Assembly: GCA_965201075.1 (NCBI GenBank)
Contig: CBDAVP010000010.1
Coordinates: 186,001-238,864 of the forward strand
Length of the DNA stretch: 52,864 bases
Source of the DNA: Isosphaeraceae bacterium
Lineage (GTDB): Bacteria > Planctomycetota > Planctomycetia > Isosphaerales > Isosphaeraceae
Direction: 5' to 3'
Shown one piece after another: positions 1 through 10,879 of this stretch (the first letter of the stretch is position 1; each line of letters begins with the position of its first letter). The notes under the pieces are model-generated. The model was not told the DNA's origin. It saw nothing but the letters and a program-made list of their open reading frames with translations, and did not search any database. A program made the position numbers and the translations under genes.

Positions 1-604
1 GGATGGCCGAGGCTTCGGGGCGAGGCCGGACCTTGAGGGTCAACTGGGTCAGGATGCCCAACGTCCCCAGGGAACCGGTCAGGAGTTTGGGGAAGTCATA
101 ACCGGCGACATTCTTGACGACCCGCCCGCCGCCGCTGACGAGCTTGCCCGCCGAGGTGGCGAAGGTGACGCCCAGCAAAAGGTCGCGAGGCCGCCCCGCG
201 CCGAACCGCCGGGGGCCGCTGGCGTTGCAGGCGAAGATCCCGCCCAGGGTCGCGAGGTCGGGCTGGGGAGCTTCCAGGGGCAACCGTTGGTTCTCGCGGG
301 CCAGGACCTGCTGGAGAGCCGCCAGGGTCATCCCCGCCTCGATGGTGATGGTCATGTCGGCGGCGGGATAGTCAACCACTCGGCCCAGGGCAGTGGTGTC
401 GACGGCGACGCCCGGGAGGCGTGGGGATCCGCCGTAGTCGAGTGCCGTGGCGCCCCCCTGGGGATACAGGGCGTGCCCCTGGGAGGCGTGGCGGGCGACG
501 GCCTCGGCCAGTGCCTCGGCGGTCTCGGGTCGCTCGACGGCCAGGGCGGTGCGGCCGTCGCCGAGGGGGCGGGACGTCGTGGTGGGGGGCGACAGAGTCG
601 ACAA
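1..604 (-). CDS. glcE: FAD-binding oxidoreductase, glycolate oxidase GlcE-like (runs off the window edge)
   Basis: Manual minus-strand translation gives DYPAADMTITIEAGMTL and GGGRVVKNVAGYDFPKLLTGSLGTLGILTQLTLKVRP, typical of GlcE. The TTG start at 604 is approximate. Confidence 0.8.
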   Translation of the reverse strand, partial: MSTLSPPTTTSRPLGDGRTALAVERPETAEALAEAVARHASQGHALYPQGGATALDYGGSPRLPGVAVDTTALGRVVDYPAADMTITIEAGMTLAALQQVLARENQRLPLEAPQPDLATLGGIFACNASGPRRFGAGRPRDLLLGVTFATSAGKLVSGGGRVVKNVAGYDFPKLLTGSLGTLGILTQLTLKVRPRPEASAI

Positions 605-796
605 CGGGCGAGTCTCCGGCGGACGTTGACGTTGCGGTTCTCAAGGAGAAACGACCAGGTTCGGCGGGCCCGGCCACGGATCGCCGAGCCTTGGAAGGAG
701 AGAAAGCGCCGCCCCAGGCCGGTGTCGGCCGCGGCGAGTGGTCCGGCGTCGTCTTGCCGCCGCGACATGGGCTATCACGCCGTTGGGGAATACGCG

Positions 797-1012
797 CTAG
801 GTGTCGACCTCGACGTACTCCACCCGGCTGGAGGGTTCGGGGATCGCCAGGCCGTCGTCCGCCATCCCCTCCAGGTGCAGCGTGATGGCCTCGCGGATCA
901 GCCGCTCGACCTCCGCCTCCGAATCGCCCGTGGCGACGCACCCCGGCAAATCCGGCACGTAGGCGGCCAGGTTCGTCCCCGCGTCCTCGATGACGATCGC
1001 ATATCGCCTCAT
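797..1012 (-). CDS. hicB: Type II antitoxin, HicB family
   Basis: RYAIVIEDAGTNLAAYVPDLPGCVATGDSEAEVERLIREAI; 4-bp overlap with the upstream toxin gene. Confidence 0.92.
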   Translation of the reverse strand: MRRYAIVIEDAGTNLAAYVPDLPGCVATGDSEAEVERLIREAITLHLEGMADDGLAIPEPSSRVEYVEVDT

Positions 1013-1212
1013 CGGTCCCCCGCCTCGTCGTCCCCGCCGGCCTGTCGGAAGAGGCTCTTGAGCGTCCCGGCCGGGACCGTGTGGCTTGGCTTGCCCGAGA
1101 CGGTGACGCGGCCCGGCTTCGTCGGGTGCTTGAACTGCCGGTGCTCACCCTTCGCCTTGACCCGCAACCAGTCGTCATCGCGGAGACGCCGGAGCGCTTC
1201 GCTGACCTTCAT
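1009..1212 (-). CDS. hicA: Type II toxin, HicA family
   Basis: MKVSEALRRLRDDDW...KGEHRQFKHPTKPGRVTVSGKPSHTVPAGTLKSL, with the catalytic His in the GxH motif. Confidence 0.92.
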   Translation of the reverse strand: MKVSEALRRLRDDDWLRVKAKGEHRQFKHPTKPGRVTVSGKPSHTVPAGTLKSLFRQAGGDDEAGDR

Positions 1213-1285
1213 ACGGCGAGGCTACCGGCGTGCCAGGCGATCGGTCAAGTCGGGCGCTCGGCGGGATGACCCTGGCCACGAGTGG

Positions 1286-1440
1286 TTAGGCTTCGGCCTG
1301 CCGCCGGGACAAATCGGCCCGATGCCGCTCCATGATCTCCAGAAGCTGATCGTCCTCGACCTCGCGGAACCGGATGCCGGGCGGAAATGCTGGAGGTCGG
1401 CCAGTTTTTCCATCAGTTCATGCTGGGTGATCGGGGTCAT
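1286..1440 (-). pseudogene. Frameshifted small helical protein, partner of the ParB-like gene
   Basis: MTPITQHELMEKLADLQHF in one frame continues as PGIRFREVEDDQLLEIMERHRADLSRRQAEA* in another; ATGA coupling to the upstream gene. Confidence 0.5.
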
Positions 1441-1730
1441 GGCGGGAAGTCTCCGACCTTCAGCTCGCCGTTGTAAGCCCGACGCAGCGTGCCGACGACC
1501 TCGACGCGGATCGTCGTTCCCGGGGCGAGCTTGGCGATGCGGGTGGCGCGGGTGATCCCATCGTACAGGACCAGCACCCCGTCGGCAGCCTCGTAAACCC
1601 ACGGGGGGGGGCATCCCGACCGACGAGGCGCCGAACCGGACAACCTGACGCTGGAGCTTGTACGGGTCGCGCCACGGCCTGTTGGCAGACGCAAGTCTCG
1701 GGGATCCACGTCGCGGAAGTCTTGCGGCAT
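1437..1730 (-). pseudogene. Small ParB/Srx-like protein with two compensating indels
   Basis: DFRDVDPRDLRLP...WVYEAADGVLVLYDGITRATRIAKL carries a ParB-like DGxxR. The expected middle segment DPYKLQRQVVRFGASSVGMPPP lies in a different frame between ~1668 and the G9 tract at 1603-1611. Confidence 0.55.
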
Positions 1731-1784
1731 GGCCGCCAGGATATCGCAAGCCAGCCGCTGGAGGAAGGACGCCTGATGAGGCGT

Positions 1785-2567
1785 TCAGGCCGATTCGGCC
1801 CCGTCGGCGAAGTAGCGGATGTCCTCTCCCGAGAGGACGCGGTCGACGGCCTCTTGCACGATGCGCAGGACGTCGATGGTGGCGGGGTCGGCGGCGGTTC
1901 CCGGCCAGGCGTCGGTGAGCAGGACCTGCCCCTCGAAGGCCAGGCGGTGCAAGGCATAGGCCAGGGGGCGGTCGAGGCCGGGGGCGTCGCGTAGCTCGGT
2001 TTCCAGGTCGGCCAGGGCGCGGAGCAACTCGGCGGCGACCTCGGGGGCGATTGGCTCGCCCCTTCGCAGCGAGGGGAGGAAGGCCGAGGGGTCGTCGACA
2101 CCGGCGGCGGCGTGTCGCAGCACGGACCCGGCCGCCGTCGATCGCCCGGGCTTCGGGGGGGCTGGCGGCAGCAACTCCCACTGGGCGTTGGGCGTCGGGG
2201 GCCCGGCGGGCGGTGGCGGGGGCGTGGCGTGCGGACGGGAGTGACTGGCGCTGAGTTCGGCGAGGTATTCCGGGTCGGCGGCGATGGCGTTGAGCCCTTC
2301 CAGGACGCCACGGCGGGCCTCGATGTCCTGGATCTGCTCGCGGTCGTGAGCGGCCTCGATGGCGCGGCCCAGCAGGTCTTCGCAATACTCCTGAACGGTG
2401 AGGAACCGCGACCTCATCGCCTGGGCCTGCGCCTGGTCGAGCGCCGTGCCGGGCAGGTAAAGGCTTAACAGTTGCGGCTCGGCGGCGGGGTCGGCCGCCT
2501 TGCGCTCGTGGAATCGGTAAAGGCCCGGGAGCCGTCGGTATCGCGAATGAGCCGGCCGCTTGGCCAC
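1785..2567 (-). CDS. Hypothetical protein, possible N-terminal ribbon-helix-helix-like region
   Basis: Protein-like helical composition from the GTG at 2567. The upstream part of the listed ORF is antisense to the PHP gene. Confidence 0.7.
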   Translation of the reverse strand: MAKRPAHSRYRRLPGLYRFHERKAADPAAEPQLLSLYLPGTALDQAQAQAMRSRFLTVQEYCEDLLGRAIEAAHDREQIQDIEARRGVLEGLNAIAADPEYLAELSASHSRPHATPPPPPAGPPTPNAQWELLPPAPPKPGRSTAAGSVLRHAAAGVDDPSAFLPSLRRGEPIAPEVAAELLRALADLETELRDAPGLDRPLAYALHRLAFEGQVLLTDAWPGTAADPATIDVLRIVQEAVDRVLSGEDIRYFADGAESA

Positions 2568-2771
2568 GACACAATCCCCCTCGCCACGCCTCACCACGCC
2601 TGACCGAGCCGGGCCCCAGGATAGCCCACCCGCCCCACGCCGGCCAGGGACGATCGCGCCCGAGGGTTGGGGTCGACAGGCTCCCGAGGTCGGTCCTACC
2701 TTATCATCGTAGTAAGGGATCAATCCACCGCCGGAGGCGTCGCGCCCCGGGACCTCGGGGCCTTTTGTTCG

Positions 2772-3422
2772 ATGGCGAAGTTTGACCACCACCTGCACAC
2801 CACTCGCTATTCCCCCGACAGCATCCTGGAGCCCGACGAGCTGGTCGAGCGCGCCCTCCACGCGGGGCTCGACGGCGTGGTCATCACCGAGCACGACCGC
2901 CAGTGGGAGCCCGACGAGCTGGCCGACCTGAATCGTCTCGCGGGTGGTCTGGTGGTCCTCTCGGGCGTCGAGGTTTCGACCCGGGAGGGGCACTTCCTGG
3001 TCTACGGCCTGCCCGACACCCGCGACTGTCCCCCCGGCGTGGCCTTGAAGGAGTTGATCCCGCTGGTTCGTCGTCACAAGGCGGCGATCGTCGCGGCGCA
3101 CCCGTATCGCTGGGACCAGGACTTTGACGCGATCGTACGCGACCACGGCCCGGCCTTCGACGCGCTGGAACTGGTCAGCAACAACGTCAGCCCCGAGACC
3201 CGCCGCATGACCGCCGGGATGCTGGAGACGCATCCGAGAATGGGGGCGACGGGCTCCAGCGACGGTCACGACGGCGGGGTCGTCGGCTGCTACTTCAGCG
3301 AGTTCCCCGGTCGGATCGGCTCGATGGCCGAGTTCGTCGCGGCGCTTCACGCCCGCTCGGGACGTCCGGGGCACCGGCCGGTCGGCTACCTGGCCAGCGG
3401 GCCGACGGACGGCCGCGCCTAG
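2772..3422 (+). CDS. PHP-domain metal-dependent phosphoesterase
   Basis: DHHLHT, ITEHD, GVEVST..GH, AAHPYR and GSSDGH motifs. Confidence 0.9.
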   Translation: MAKFDHHLHTTRYSPDSILEPDELVERALHAGLDGVVITEHDRQWEPDELADLNRLAGGLVVLSGVEVSTREGHFLVYGLPDTRDCPPGVALKELIPLVRRHKAAIVAAHPYRWDQDFDAIVRDHGPAFDALELVSNNVSPETRRMTAGMLETHPRMGATGSSDGHDGGVVGCYFSEFPGRIGSMAEFVAALHARSGRPGHRPVGYLASGPTDGRA

Positions 3423-3683
3423 TGCCTCCGCCTCAGAACTTCGCCGAATCACCCCGCGCGACCACGCGTCTCCTCTCATCCTTGGGCGATTCCCTCGCCC
3501 AAACTCGCGACTCCGGGGACCTTTGCGTCGTGGGCAGTGGCCTGGCCTTCTCGGGATCGCGGATGTCTCGCGGGAGCCGGCCGGGGGGTATACTGGCGTG
3601 AGCCCGCGACGACGCTGGCACGCCCCCGGCCTTGTCGTTCCCCGACGACGTTGGCGAGGATCGAACCAGGGAAGGGATGCGCG

Positions 3684-5927
3684 ATGGACCTTTTGGCCGA
3701 CTTAACACCTGCTCAGCGAGAGGCCGTCACGCACGTCGATGGCCCGTTGTTGGTTCTCGCCGGGGCGGGCTCGGGCAAGACTCGGGTCATCACCAGACGC
3801 GTCGCCCACATGCTGCATCGGGGGATCGGCGGGGCCAACATTCTGGCGTTGACGTTCACCAACAAGGCCGCCGGGGAAATGCGCGAGCGGATCGCGGCGT
3901 TGGCGCCGGATTCCGGCGTCTGGGTCGGGACGTTTCATGCCCTGTGTGCCCGACTGTTGCGGAGTTATGCCTCACTGGTCGGTCTCGATCGCGGCTTCAC
4001 CATTTATGACCAGGCCGATCGCCTGCGAGCCGTGAAAGGCGTGATGGAGCGCCTCGGGCTGGATGAGGCTGGCGTCACCCCCGAGAAGGTGGATGCCGCC
4101 ATCAGCCGGGCCAAGAACGACATGGTGAGCGCCGAGGCTTTGGCCCGCCGAGGTGATGGCGACCACGTTTCGGCCGTCGTCGCCCGCGTGTTTGGGGGCT
4201 ATCAGGAACGCCTACGCGAATCGTCCGCCGTGGACTTCGACGATCTCCTGGTCCACCTCGTCACGATCCTCCGAGAGCACCCCAACGTCCGCAAGGAACT
4301 CGACGCCCGGTTTCGCTATGTCCTGGTCGATGAGTACCAGGACACCAACCTCGCTCAGTACGCGATCGTCCGGGGTCTCTCGGTGGATCGTCCCAACCTG
4401 TGCGTCACCGGCGACCCCGACCAGTCGATTTACGGCTGGCGGGGAGCGAATCTCAACAACATCCTGGAATTTGAACACGACTATCCCGGCACCAAGGTCG
4501 TCAAGCTCGAACAGAACTATCGCAGTACCAAGAACATCTTGCGGGTCGCCGACCACCTGATCCGGTTCAACCGCAAGCGCAAGCCCAAGTCGCTCCACAC
4601 CGAAAACCCCGAGGGAGACCCGGTCGAACTGGCGATCTACTCAACCGAGACCGAAGAGGCCGAGGGCGTCGCCTCCCGAATCAAGGCATTGGTCAACGAG
4701 GGGGACCATGCCTTCCGCGACGTGGCGGTGTTCTGCCGGGTCACGGCCCTAACGCGCGGGTTTGAGGCCGCGTTCCGCTCGGCCAAGATTCCGTATCAGG
4801 TCGTCGGTGGGGTGTCGTTCTATGAGCGAATGGAGATCAAGGACGTCCTGGCCTATCTCAGCCTCCTGAACAATCCCAAGGACGACATCGCCTTTGGCCG
4901 GGCTGTGAACGTGCCGCCCCGAGGCATTGGCAAGACCACGATGGAGAAGCTCTCGGAGCGGGCCCGCGCCCTCGGTCTGCCGTTGCTGGCGATGGCCCGG
5001 GAGGCCGCGGCGGTTCCTGGTCTCAAGGACAAGGCGATCCGCGCTCTTCGTGACTTCGGCATGTTGATGGGCGAGTTGGCCGCTTTGCGAGAGCATCCCG
5101 CCGAGGAGGTCATCCGCCGGTTGCTCGACCTTTCCGGCTACCACAAGCATCTGGAGGCCGAGGGGAAGCAGGGGGGCGAGGATCGGCTGGCCAATGTCGA
5201 CGAACTGGTCTCGGCCGCCCGCGTGTTCGATCGCGAGCATCCGGGGGCCTCGGTGGTCGACTTCCTGGAGGAGATCAGCCTCGCCTCGGCGGTCGACCGC
5301 TGGAAGGACGAGGCCGGCGCCGTCACCTTGATGACCTTGCACGCCGCCAAGGGCCTGGAATTTCCGGCCGTGTTCATCGTCGGGCTGGAGCAGGGGTTGT
5401 TGCCCCACTCCCGGGCGTCCGAGGATGGCGCCGAGCTTGAGGAAGAGCGCCGGCTGTTCTTCGTCGGGATCACCCGGGCCCGCCGGGAACTGTTCCTGAG
5501 CCACTGTCGAATCCGCGAGTTCCGGGGCCAGCGGACCGCGACGATCCCCTCGGCCTTCCTGGGAGAACTGCCCGAGGGGCCCATCGTCGTCCGCGACCGC
5601 TCCGAGTTCAGCGCCTCGGCGTATCCGTCGACTCGGCGATCCCCATCCCCCCGGCCCGCTCCCGAGCCCTCCTCGACGGGGGGCTTTCGGCTGGTCACCG
5701 CCGCGTCGCTGGCCGCCGGGAACGCTCCGGGGATGAATGCTGGGCCGGACGATCTGAACGCCTTCAAGCCCGGCATTTCGGTGGCCCACCCGCAATATGG
5801 GATCGGCCGCCTTTTGGCGATCGACGGCAACGGCCCCAACCGCAAGGGACGGGTGCGGTTCGTTGTCGGGGGCGAGCGGACCTTTGTTCTGGCCAAGTCG
5901 CCCCTGAGGCCCGTCGTCGGCGGCTGA
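3684..5927 (+). CDS. pcrA: ATP-dependent DNA helicase PcrA/UvrD
   Basis: AGAGSGKT, TFTNKAA, DEYQDTN, GDPDQSIYGWRGA, LEQNYRS, TLHAAKGLEF and EERRLFFVGITRA motifs. Confidence 0.96.
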   Translation: MDLLADLTPAQREAVTHVDGPLLVLAGAGSGKTRVITRRVAHMLHRGIGGANILALTFTNKAAGEMRERIAALAPDSGVWVGTFHALCARLLRSYASLVGLDRGFTIYDQADRLRAVKGVMERLGLDEAGVTPEKVDAAISRAKNDMVSAEALARRGDGDHVSAVVARVFGGYQERLRESSAVDFDDLLVHLVTILREHPNVRKELDARFRYVLVDEYQDTNLAQYAIVRGLSVDRPNLCVTGDPDQSIYGWRGANLNNILEFEHDYPGTKVVKLEQNYRSTKNILRVADHLIRFNRKRKPKSLHTENPEGDPVELAIYSTETEEAEGVASRIKALVNEGDHAFRDVAVFCRVTALTRGFEAAFRSAKIPYQVVGGVSFYERMEIKDVLAYLSLLNNPKDDIAFGRAVNVPPRGIGKTTMEKLSERARALGLPLLAMAREAAAVPGLKDKAIRALRDFGMLMGELAALREHPAEEVIRRLLDLSGYHKHLEAEGKQGGEDRLANVDELVSAARVFDREHPGASVVDFLEEISLASAVDRWKDEAGAVTLMTLHAAKGLEFPAVFIVGLEQGLLPHSRASEDGAELEEERRLFFVGITRARRELFLSHCRIREFRGQRTATIPSAFLGELPEGPIVVRDRSEFSASAYPSTRRSPSPRPAPEPSSTGGFRLVTAASLAAGNAPGMNAGPDDLNAFKPGISVAHPQYGIGRLLAIDGNGPNRKGRVRFVVGGERTFVLAKSPLRPVVGG

Positions 5928-5944
5928 TCCTCGACCAAACCGAC

Positions 5945-6568
5945 TTACCGAGACGGCCGGGGACTCCGCGACTTCGTCCGGTCCGGCCGTCGTTTGGCGC
6001 CGTCACTGACTTCCACGGCCTTGACCGACCCGTTCTTCTTGAAGTCCCGATCGAAGTGCAAGGTGGCCTCCATCCTCACGTTGTTCATCCCCTCGACGGT
6101 GACCAATGGCGGCGAACTGTAGCCTGACCCGTCCTCGGTGACGACCACTTTCTTGACCTTCCCCCCCTCAACCACCGCATAGCCCTTCGCCGGGGTCGTG
6201 TTCCACAGTTCGCCGTCCTGGGGGCGAAATCGATAATAGTTGGACACCTCGTCGAGCCGTTCATTCGTCACGCTGAGCGGCCCGAGCACCTTCATCAACG
6301 CCTGCTTGTTCCTGCGAGCCTCCGCTCCCGAGGGCGAACCGTTGCGGGAGGGCGTCACCCCGTCGAATGCTCTTCGGAACGCCTCGGGTTTAACCCCCAG
6401 CGCCGCGGCGATCAGCACCACCGGACGCCCGTGGTCGTCCGGGCCGATGTCGTGGCCTTCGGAAAACACCAGTGGCACGGTCGACTCGGCCGCCCAACCG
6501 TGGCTGAGGGTCACGACAACCAAGAGGCATGACAGCCCGACCCGGACCCCCACCGCGATCCACGACAT
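5945..6568 (-). CDS. Secreted hypothetical protein
   Basis: Signal peptide MSWIAVGVRVGLSCLLVVVTLSHGWAA followed by a globular-looking body. Confidence 0.75.
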   Translation of the reverse strand: MSWIAVGVRVGLSCLLVVVTLSHGWAAESTVPLVFSEGHDIGPDDHGRPVVLIAAALGVKPEAFRRAFDGVTPSRNGSPSGAEARRNKQALMKVLGPLSVTNERLDEVSNYYRFRPQDGELWNTTPAKGYAVVEGGKVKKVVVTEDGSGYSSPPLVTVEGMNNVRMEATLHFDRDFKKNGSVKAVEVSDGAKRRPDRTKSRSPRPSR

Positions 6569-6932
6569 TCGCAAAGGCCGACCCTCCCGTTGACCGATCC
6601 CGATTCGACTCCCGGCAGAATAGCACCCAGGGGCCAAACTCGCACTCACGCAATCGCGTTTCGACCGATTTCTGGCGTCCCAGGTCCCGGAAACCAGATT
6701 TCTCCTCCCGGACCGTGGAGTTCCGCCCGGCAATCCTATTTGGCCAAACCAGTCTCGCGGCCCCGCGACTGGCTTCCGGCCAGGCTTTCCACGCGTCGCG
6801 GCGAGTCGAACGGCGGGTGGCAAAGAAAATGCTAGCGGGAAACCACTAACTCCGACCCCAACGGGCCGCCGGAACTCGTTGACGACCTGCCCGATCGCCT
6901 GCCGGGGAATCGCCCACTCGGGAGACACGCCC

Positions 6933-8216
6933 ATGTTCACTAGCCTCCTCGCCGCCGCCTGGCTCCTCGCCGCGCCTCCCCCGGAGCCCAAAACCGAGCC
7001 AACCCCGCCAGCCCGGGCCGAGGCCGAAGACTCCGAGGTCCTGGCCGAGTACAACCGCCTCAAGGACCAGACCCCCAACTCCGCCGACGCCCAGTGGAAA
7101 CTGGCCCTTTGGTGCGAATCAAAGGGGTTGAAGGCCGAATCGCTGGTCCACCTGGCCGCGGTGCTGAAGCTCGACCCCAAGCGGGCCGCCGCCTGGCAAA
7201 AGCTGGGCTTCAAGAAGAAGGGCAACCGCTGGGTCAGCGACCAACAGCTCCAGGACGAGGCGAAGCAGGCGGTTCAGGATAAAGTCTGGGTCGCCCGTCT
7301 GCGGAAGTGGCACGCGCATGTGCATGGGGGTCCGAAGCAGGCCGTGGTCCAGGCCGAGATGGCCGAGGTGACGGACCCGACGGCGGTGCCGGCGATCTAC
7401 GCGGTTTTCGGCCGCCGGGGGGCGACTGACCAGTCGCTGGCCGTGCAGTTGTTCGGGCAGATCTTCTCGCCGGAAGCTTCGAAGGGCCTGGCGGTGCTGG
7501 CGGTTTACGGGGCCAACGCCGAGGTGCGTGCCCGGGCGACCCAGACCCTCCGCCAGCGCGACTCCGACGATTACCTCGGCCTCTTGACCGGGCTGCTGAC
7601 CGACATCCTGAAATACGAGATCCGCGCGGTGGGTGGGCCCGACTCCCCGGGTGTCCTGTTCGTCGAGAGCGAAAAGTATAGTGTCCGACGCTTCTACGCC
7701 CCGCCCCTCCCCCCCGAGTTCAACGTCCGACCCGGCGACCTCGTCAGCTTCGACGAGCAGGGGCTGCCTTTCGTCACCCGGCCCGTGGCCGACCTCGCGA
7801 CACGGGACGCGGGCGGCTTCCAGATCAAAGGGGTCGGTCGCGCCGAAGTCGCCGAATCCATCACGGAATTCGTCCGATTCGGGAGCGGGGACATCATCCT
7901 TCAGTCCCAGATCGGGACGCGGAACGCCAACGAGCAACTCCGCAGCGACGAGCGGGACATCCAGGCGTTCAACAGGATGCGGCGTGACTTCAACGAACAC
8001 GTTCTGGACGTCGCCCGCGACGCCTCCGGTGAGGACTTCGGCAAAGACCCCGACGTCTGGCGGCTCCACGCGGCCCGGAAGCTCGGCGCCTCCGAGCCCG
8101 ACCCCAAGAAGCCCACGAAACCGATCTACGACCTGGTCGTCCCCCTCGCCTCCCTGCCGTTCATGGGCGAGTCCATCCTAGTCAAACGCAGATATATCTC
8201 AAGTGTCGACACCTGA
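6933..8216 (+). CDS. Secreted HEAT-repeat-like planctomycete protein
   Basis: GGAGA SD, signal peptide MFTSLLAAAWLLAA, ADAQWKLALWCESKGL motif and HEAT-like helices. Confidence 0.75.
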   Translation: MFTSLLAAAWLLAAPPPEPKTEPTPPARAEAEDSEVLAEYNRLKDQTPNSADAQWKLALWCESKGLKAESLVHLAAVLKLDPKRAAAWQKLGFKKKGNRWVSDQQLQDEAKQAVQDKVWVARLRKWHAHVHGGPKQAVVQAEMAEVTDPTAVPAIYAVFGRRGATDQSLAVQLFGQIFSPEASKGLAVLAVYGANAEVRARATQTLRQRDSDDYLGLLTGLLTDILKYEIRAVGGPDSPGVLFVESEKYSVRRFYAPPLPPEFNVRPGDLVSFDEQGLPFVTRPVADLATRDAGGFQIKGVGRAEVAESITEFVRFGSGDIILQSQIGTRNANEQLRSDERDIQAFNRMRRDFNEHVLDVARDASGEDFGKDPDVWRLHAARKLGASEPDPKKPTKPIYDLVVPLASLPFMGESILVKRRYISSVDT

Positions 8217-8381
8217 CCAGAGTTAAGGTAAGCCCCCGGCGACGGGGCGGCCTCCGGTCGGGGGCCTCACGCACGATCGCGTTTGTGTGGCACAATAGCC
8301 GAAGCCGGGAAGGGCGCCCCCGAGGTGTCCTCCCCGGCTTCTCGCATCCTCTTCGACGTGGCTTCCGGGAGGTTGCAACGC

Positions 8382-9110
8382 ATGATCCGCCTGGGCGTCA
8401 ACATCGACCACGTCGCCACCCTGCGGCAAGCCCGGGGCGGTCGAGAGCCCGACCCCGTGTGGGCCGCCGCCCTGGCCGAACTGGCCGGCGCTGATGGGAT
8501 CACCGTTCACCTGCGCGAGGACCGCCGCCACATCCAGGACCGCGACCTCCGCGTCCTTCGCCAGACGGTCCGGACCCGTTTGAATCTGGAACTCGCCGCC
8601 GAGCCGGCCATCATTACCCTGGCCCTGGAGACGCGTCCCGACCAACTGACATTTGTCCCCGAGAAGCGCCAGGAATTGACCACCGAGGGGGGCCTGGACG
8701 TCATCGCCCATCGGGAACGAATCGCCGAGGCGGTCCGCCGCTGCCGGGGCGAGGGTCTGGAAGTCAGCCTGTTCATCGACCCCGACCCCGCCCAGGTCGC
8801 CGCCTCCGCCGAGATGGGCGCGCACGCCGTCGAACTGCACACCGGTCGCTACGCCGACGCGACGGAAGGACCCAAGCGAGACCGGGAACTCGCCGCCCTG
8901 ATCCGCGCCGGGGCCGAGGCCGTCGCCGCGGGCCTGGCCCTGCATGCCGGCCACGGCCTGGACTATCAAAACGTCGGCCCCGTCGCGGAAATCGACCGCG
9001 TGGCCGAACTCAACATCGGACACAGTGTCATCACTCGTGCCCTGTTCGTGGGCATCGACGCGGCCGTGCGTCAGATGAAGGCGTGCATGGATCGCCGGGC
9101 TTTGTCCTGA
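8382..9110 (+). CDS. pdxJ: Pyridoxine 5'-phosphate synthase
   Basis: [41 protein letters not shown] and ELNIGHS motifs. Confidence 0.97.
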   Translation: MIRLGVNIDHVATLRQARGGREPDPVWAAALAELAGADGITVHLREDRRHIQDRDLRVLRQTVRTRLNLELAAEPAIITLALETRPDQLTFVPEKRQELTTEGGLDVIAHRERIAEAVRRCRGEGLEVSLFIDPDPAQVAASAEMGAHAVELHTGRYADATEGPKRDRELAALIRAGAEAVAAGLALHAGHGLDYQNVGPVAEIDRVAELNIGHSVITRALFVGIDAAVRQMKACMDRRALS

Positions 9111-9225
9111 TTCACACCCCAACACGCCAGGATCGGCCTTTCGCGGCCGGGCCCGATTTCCTAAATTGGTCAGCCAACGAAGGCGCCCGCAAGTCCGGCC
9201 GCCTCCCCGAATTCTGGAGTGGTCC

Positions 9226-10125
9226 ATGCCGTCCCGAGGTCAGATGTTCGCCGGCTGCACGGTGGCTCTCGTCACCCCTTTCCGCGACGGGGCCGTCGAT
9301 TACGAGGCGCTGAACGCGGCGATCGACTGGCAGATCGCTCAGGGGACCCCCTGCATCAGCCCCGTTGGCACCACCGGCGAGGCCCCCACCCTCAGCCACG
9401 ACGAGCACGAGCGGGTCATCGAGGCCGTGGTCTCCCGGGTCGCCGGTCGCGCCAAGGTTCTGCCCGGCACCGGCTCCAACGCCACCGCCGAGGCCGTCCG
9501 CCTGACCAAGTTCGCCGCCCGCGTGGGGGCCGACGGAGCCCTGCTGGTTTCCCCCTACTACAACCGCCCAACTCAGGAAGGCCTTTACGCCCACTTCGCC
9601 AAGGTCGCCGACGCGGTCGACCTGCCCCAGGTCCTCTACAACATCCCGTCGCGTACGGGCCGAAACATGGAACCGACGACCATCGAGCGACTGGCCAGGC
9701 TCGACCCCATCGTCGCCATCAAGGAAGCCAGCGGCGCGATGGATCAGGTCAGCGACGTGATCGCTCGCACCGACCTGACGGTCCTCTCCGGTGACGACAG
9801 TCTTACCCTGCCGATGATGGCCCTGGGGGCTCAGGGCGTCGTATCGGTCGTGGCCAACCTCGTCCCTTCCGACGTCATCGCCCTGGTTCACGCCTGCGCT
9901 CAAGGCCAGTTCGACGAGGCCCGCCGCCTCCACGGGCGGCTCTTTCCGCTGTGTCGAGACCTGCTGGGTGTCGCCACCAACCCCATCCCCGTCAAGACCG
10001 CGCTAGGCCTGCTGGGACGTGGCAACGGCGAGCTGCGCCTACCCCTCTGCCCCCTCGACGAACGCGGGGTTGACGCCCTCCAACGAAGCCTGGCCAACTA
10101 CGGCCTGCTCCCCCGCCAGACCTGA
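9226..10125 (+). CDS. dapA: 4-hydroxy-tetrahydrodipicolinate synthase
   Basis: [42 protein letters not shown] and LSGDD motifs. Confidence 0.97.
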   Translation: MPSRGQMFAGCTVALVTPFRDGAVDYEALNAAIDWQIAQGTPCISPVGTTGEAPTLSHDEHERVIEAVVSRVAGRAKVLPGTGSNATAEAVRLTKFAARVGADGALLVSPYYNRPTQEGLYAHFAKVADAVDLPQVLYNIPSRTGRNMEPTTIERLARLDPIVAIKEASGAMDQVSDVIARTDLTVLSGDDSLTLPMMALGAQGVVSVVANLVPSDVIALVHACAQGQFDEARRLHGRLFPLCRDLLGVATNPIPVKTALGLLGRGNGELRLPLCPLDERGVDALQRSLANYGLLPRQT

Positions 10126-10480
10126 CGGACCACCCGTTCGCCCCCGCCATATCGCATTGTGCCGGTCTCAACGGCATGAAATATGCTTTGGCATCAACGG
10201 GTGGCTCGGGCAATGCCTAGGCTTTCCTGACCTTGAATATTCTCCCGTGAAAACACGATTCGTGTCTCGTCGACTTGATTTTTGCCCCTATACTAATCGT
10301 ATGCCATGTCAATACGGCGCTGTTGAATGATACCCTCGTCGGGATCGACCAGAAGTTGAGTTCACCGCGGTTCGGCTTCCCGAAGTCACGCAGGCGTGTT
10401 CCCCCACGATCCGCCGACCTTCCACGAGGGGGTAGCGGGTCGTTCGAGATAACTTTCCCTCGTACCACCGGGTAATTACG

Positions 10481-10879
10481 ATGGCCAAGAAATCCGCAAC
10501 CAAGTCGGGGCCTGCCAACGGCGCGATGACTTTGATGCCGCCGGTCCCCGAGCAGTCAGTTCGTGACCTGGCCCAGGTCTTCAAGCTGATGAGCGACGAG
10601 ACCCGTCTGCGCATCCTTCTCTACCTCGCCCAGAACGGCGAGCTTCATGTGACCGACCTGTGCAACCGCCTGGGCCAGAGCCAGCCGGCCGTCAGTCATC
10701 ACCTGGCCCTGTTGCGAGTCTCGGGTCTGATCGAAGCGCGGCGCGAGGGGAAGCACAACTTCTACAGCGTCCGGGGCGACCACTTCGGCGAGCTGATGGT
10801 CGAACTCTTCTCGGCCACTGGCAGCATGCCCAAGCGTCTGCGGTTCCACGACTTTGTCCTGACCTACGAAGGCAAATAA
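10481..10879 (+). CDS. ArsR/SmtB family transcriptional regulator
   Basis: FKLMSDETRLRILLYL...SQPAVSHHLALLRVSGLIEARREGKHNFY winged HTH. Confidence 0.93.
   Translation: MAKKSATKSGPANGAMTLMPPVPEQSVRDLAQVFKLMSDETRLRILLYLAQNGELHVTDLCNRLGQSQPAVSHHLALLRVSGLIEARREGKHNFYSVRGDHFGELMVELFSATGSMPKRLRFHDFVLTYEGK

Noticed and set aside
10126..10480. AT-richer intergenic region as ncRNA or riboswitch
   Set aside because: No convincing structure; more likely the ArsR promoter region (TATACT at 10289, no matching -35).
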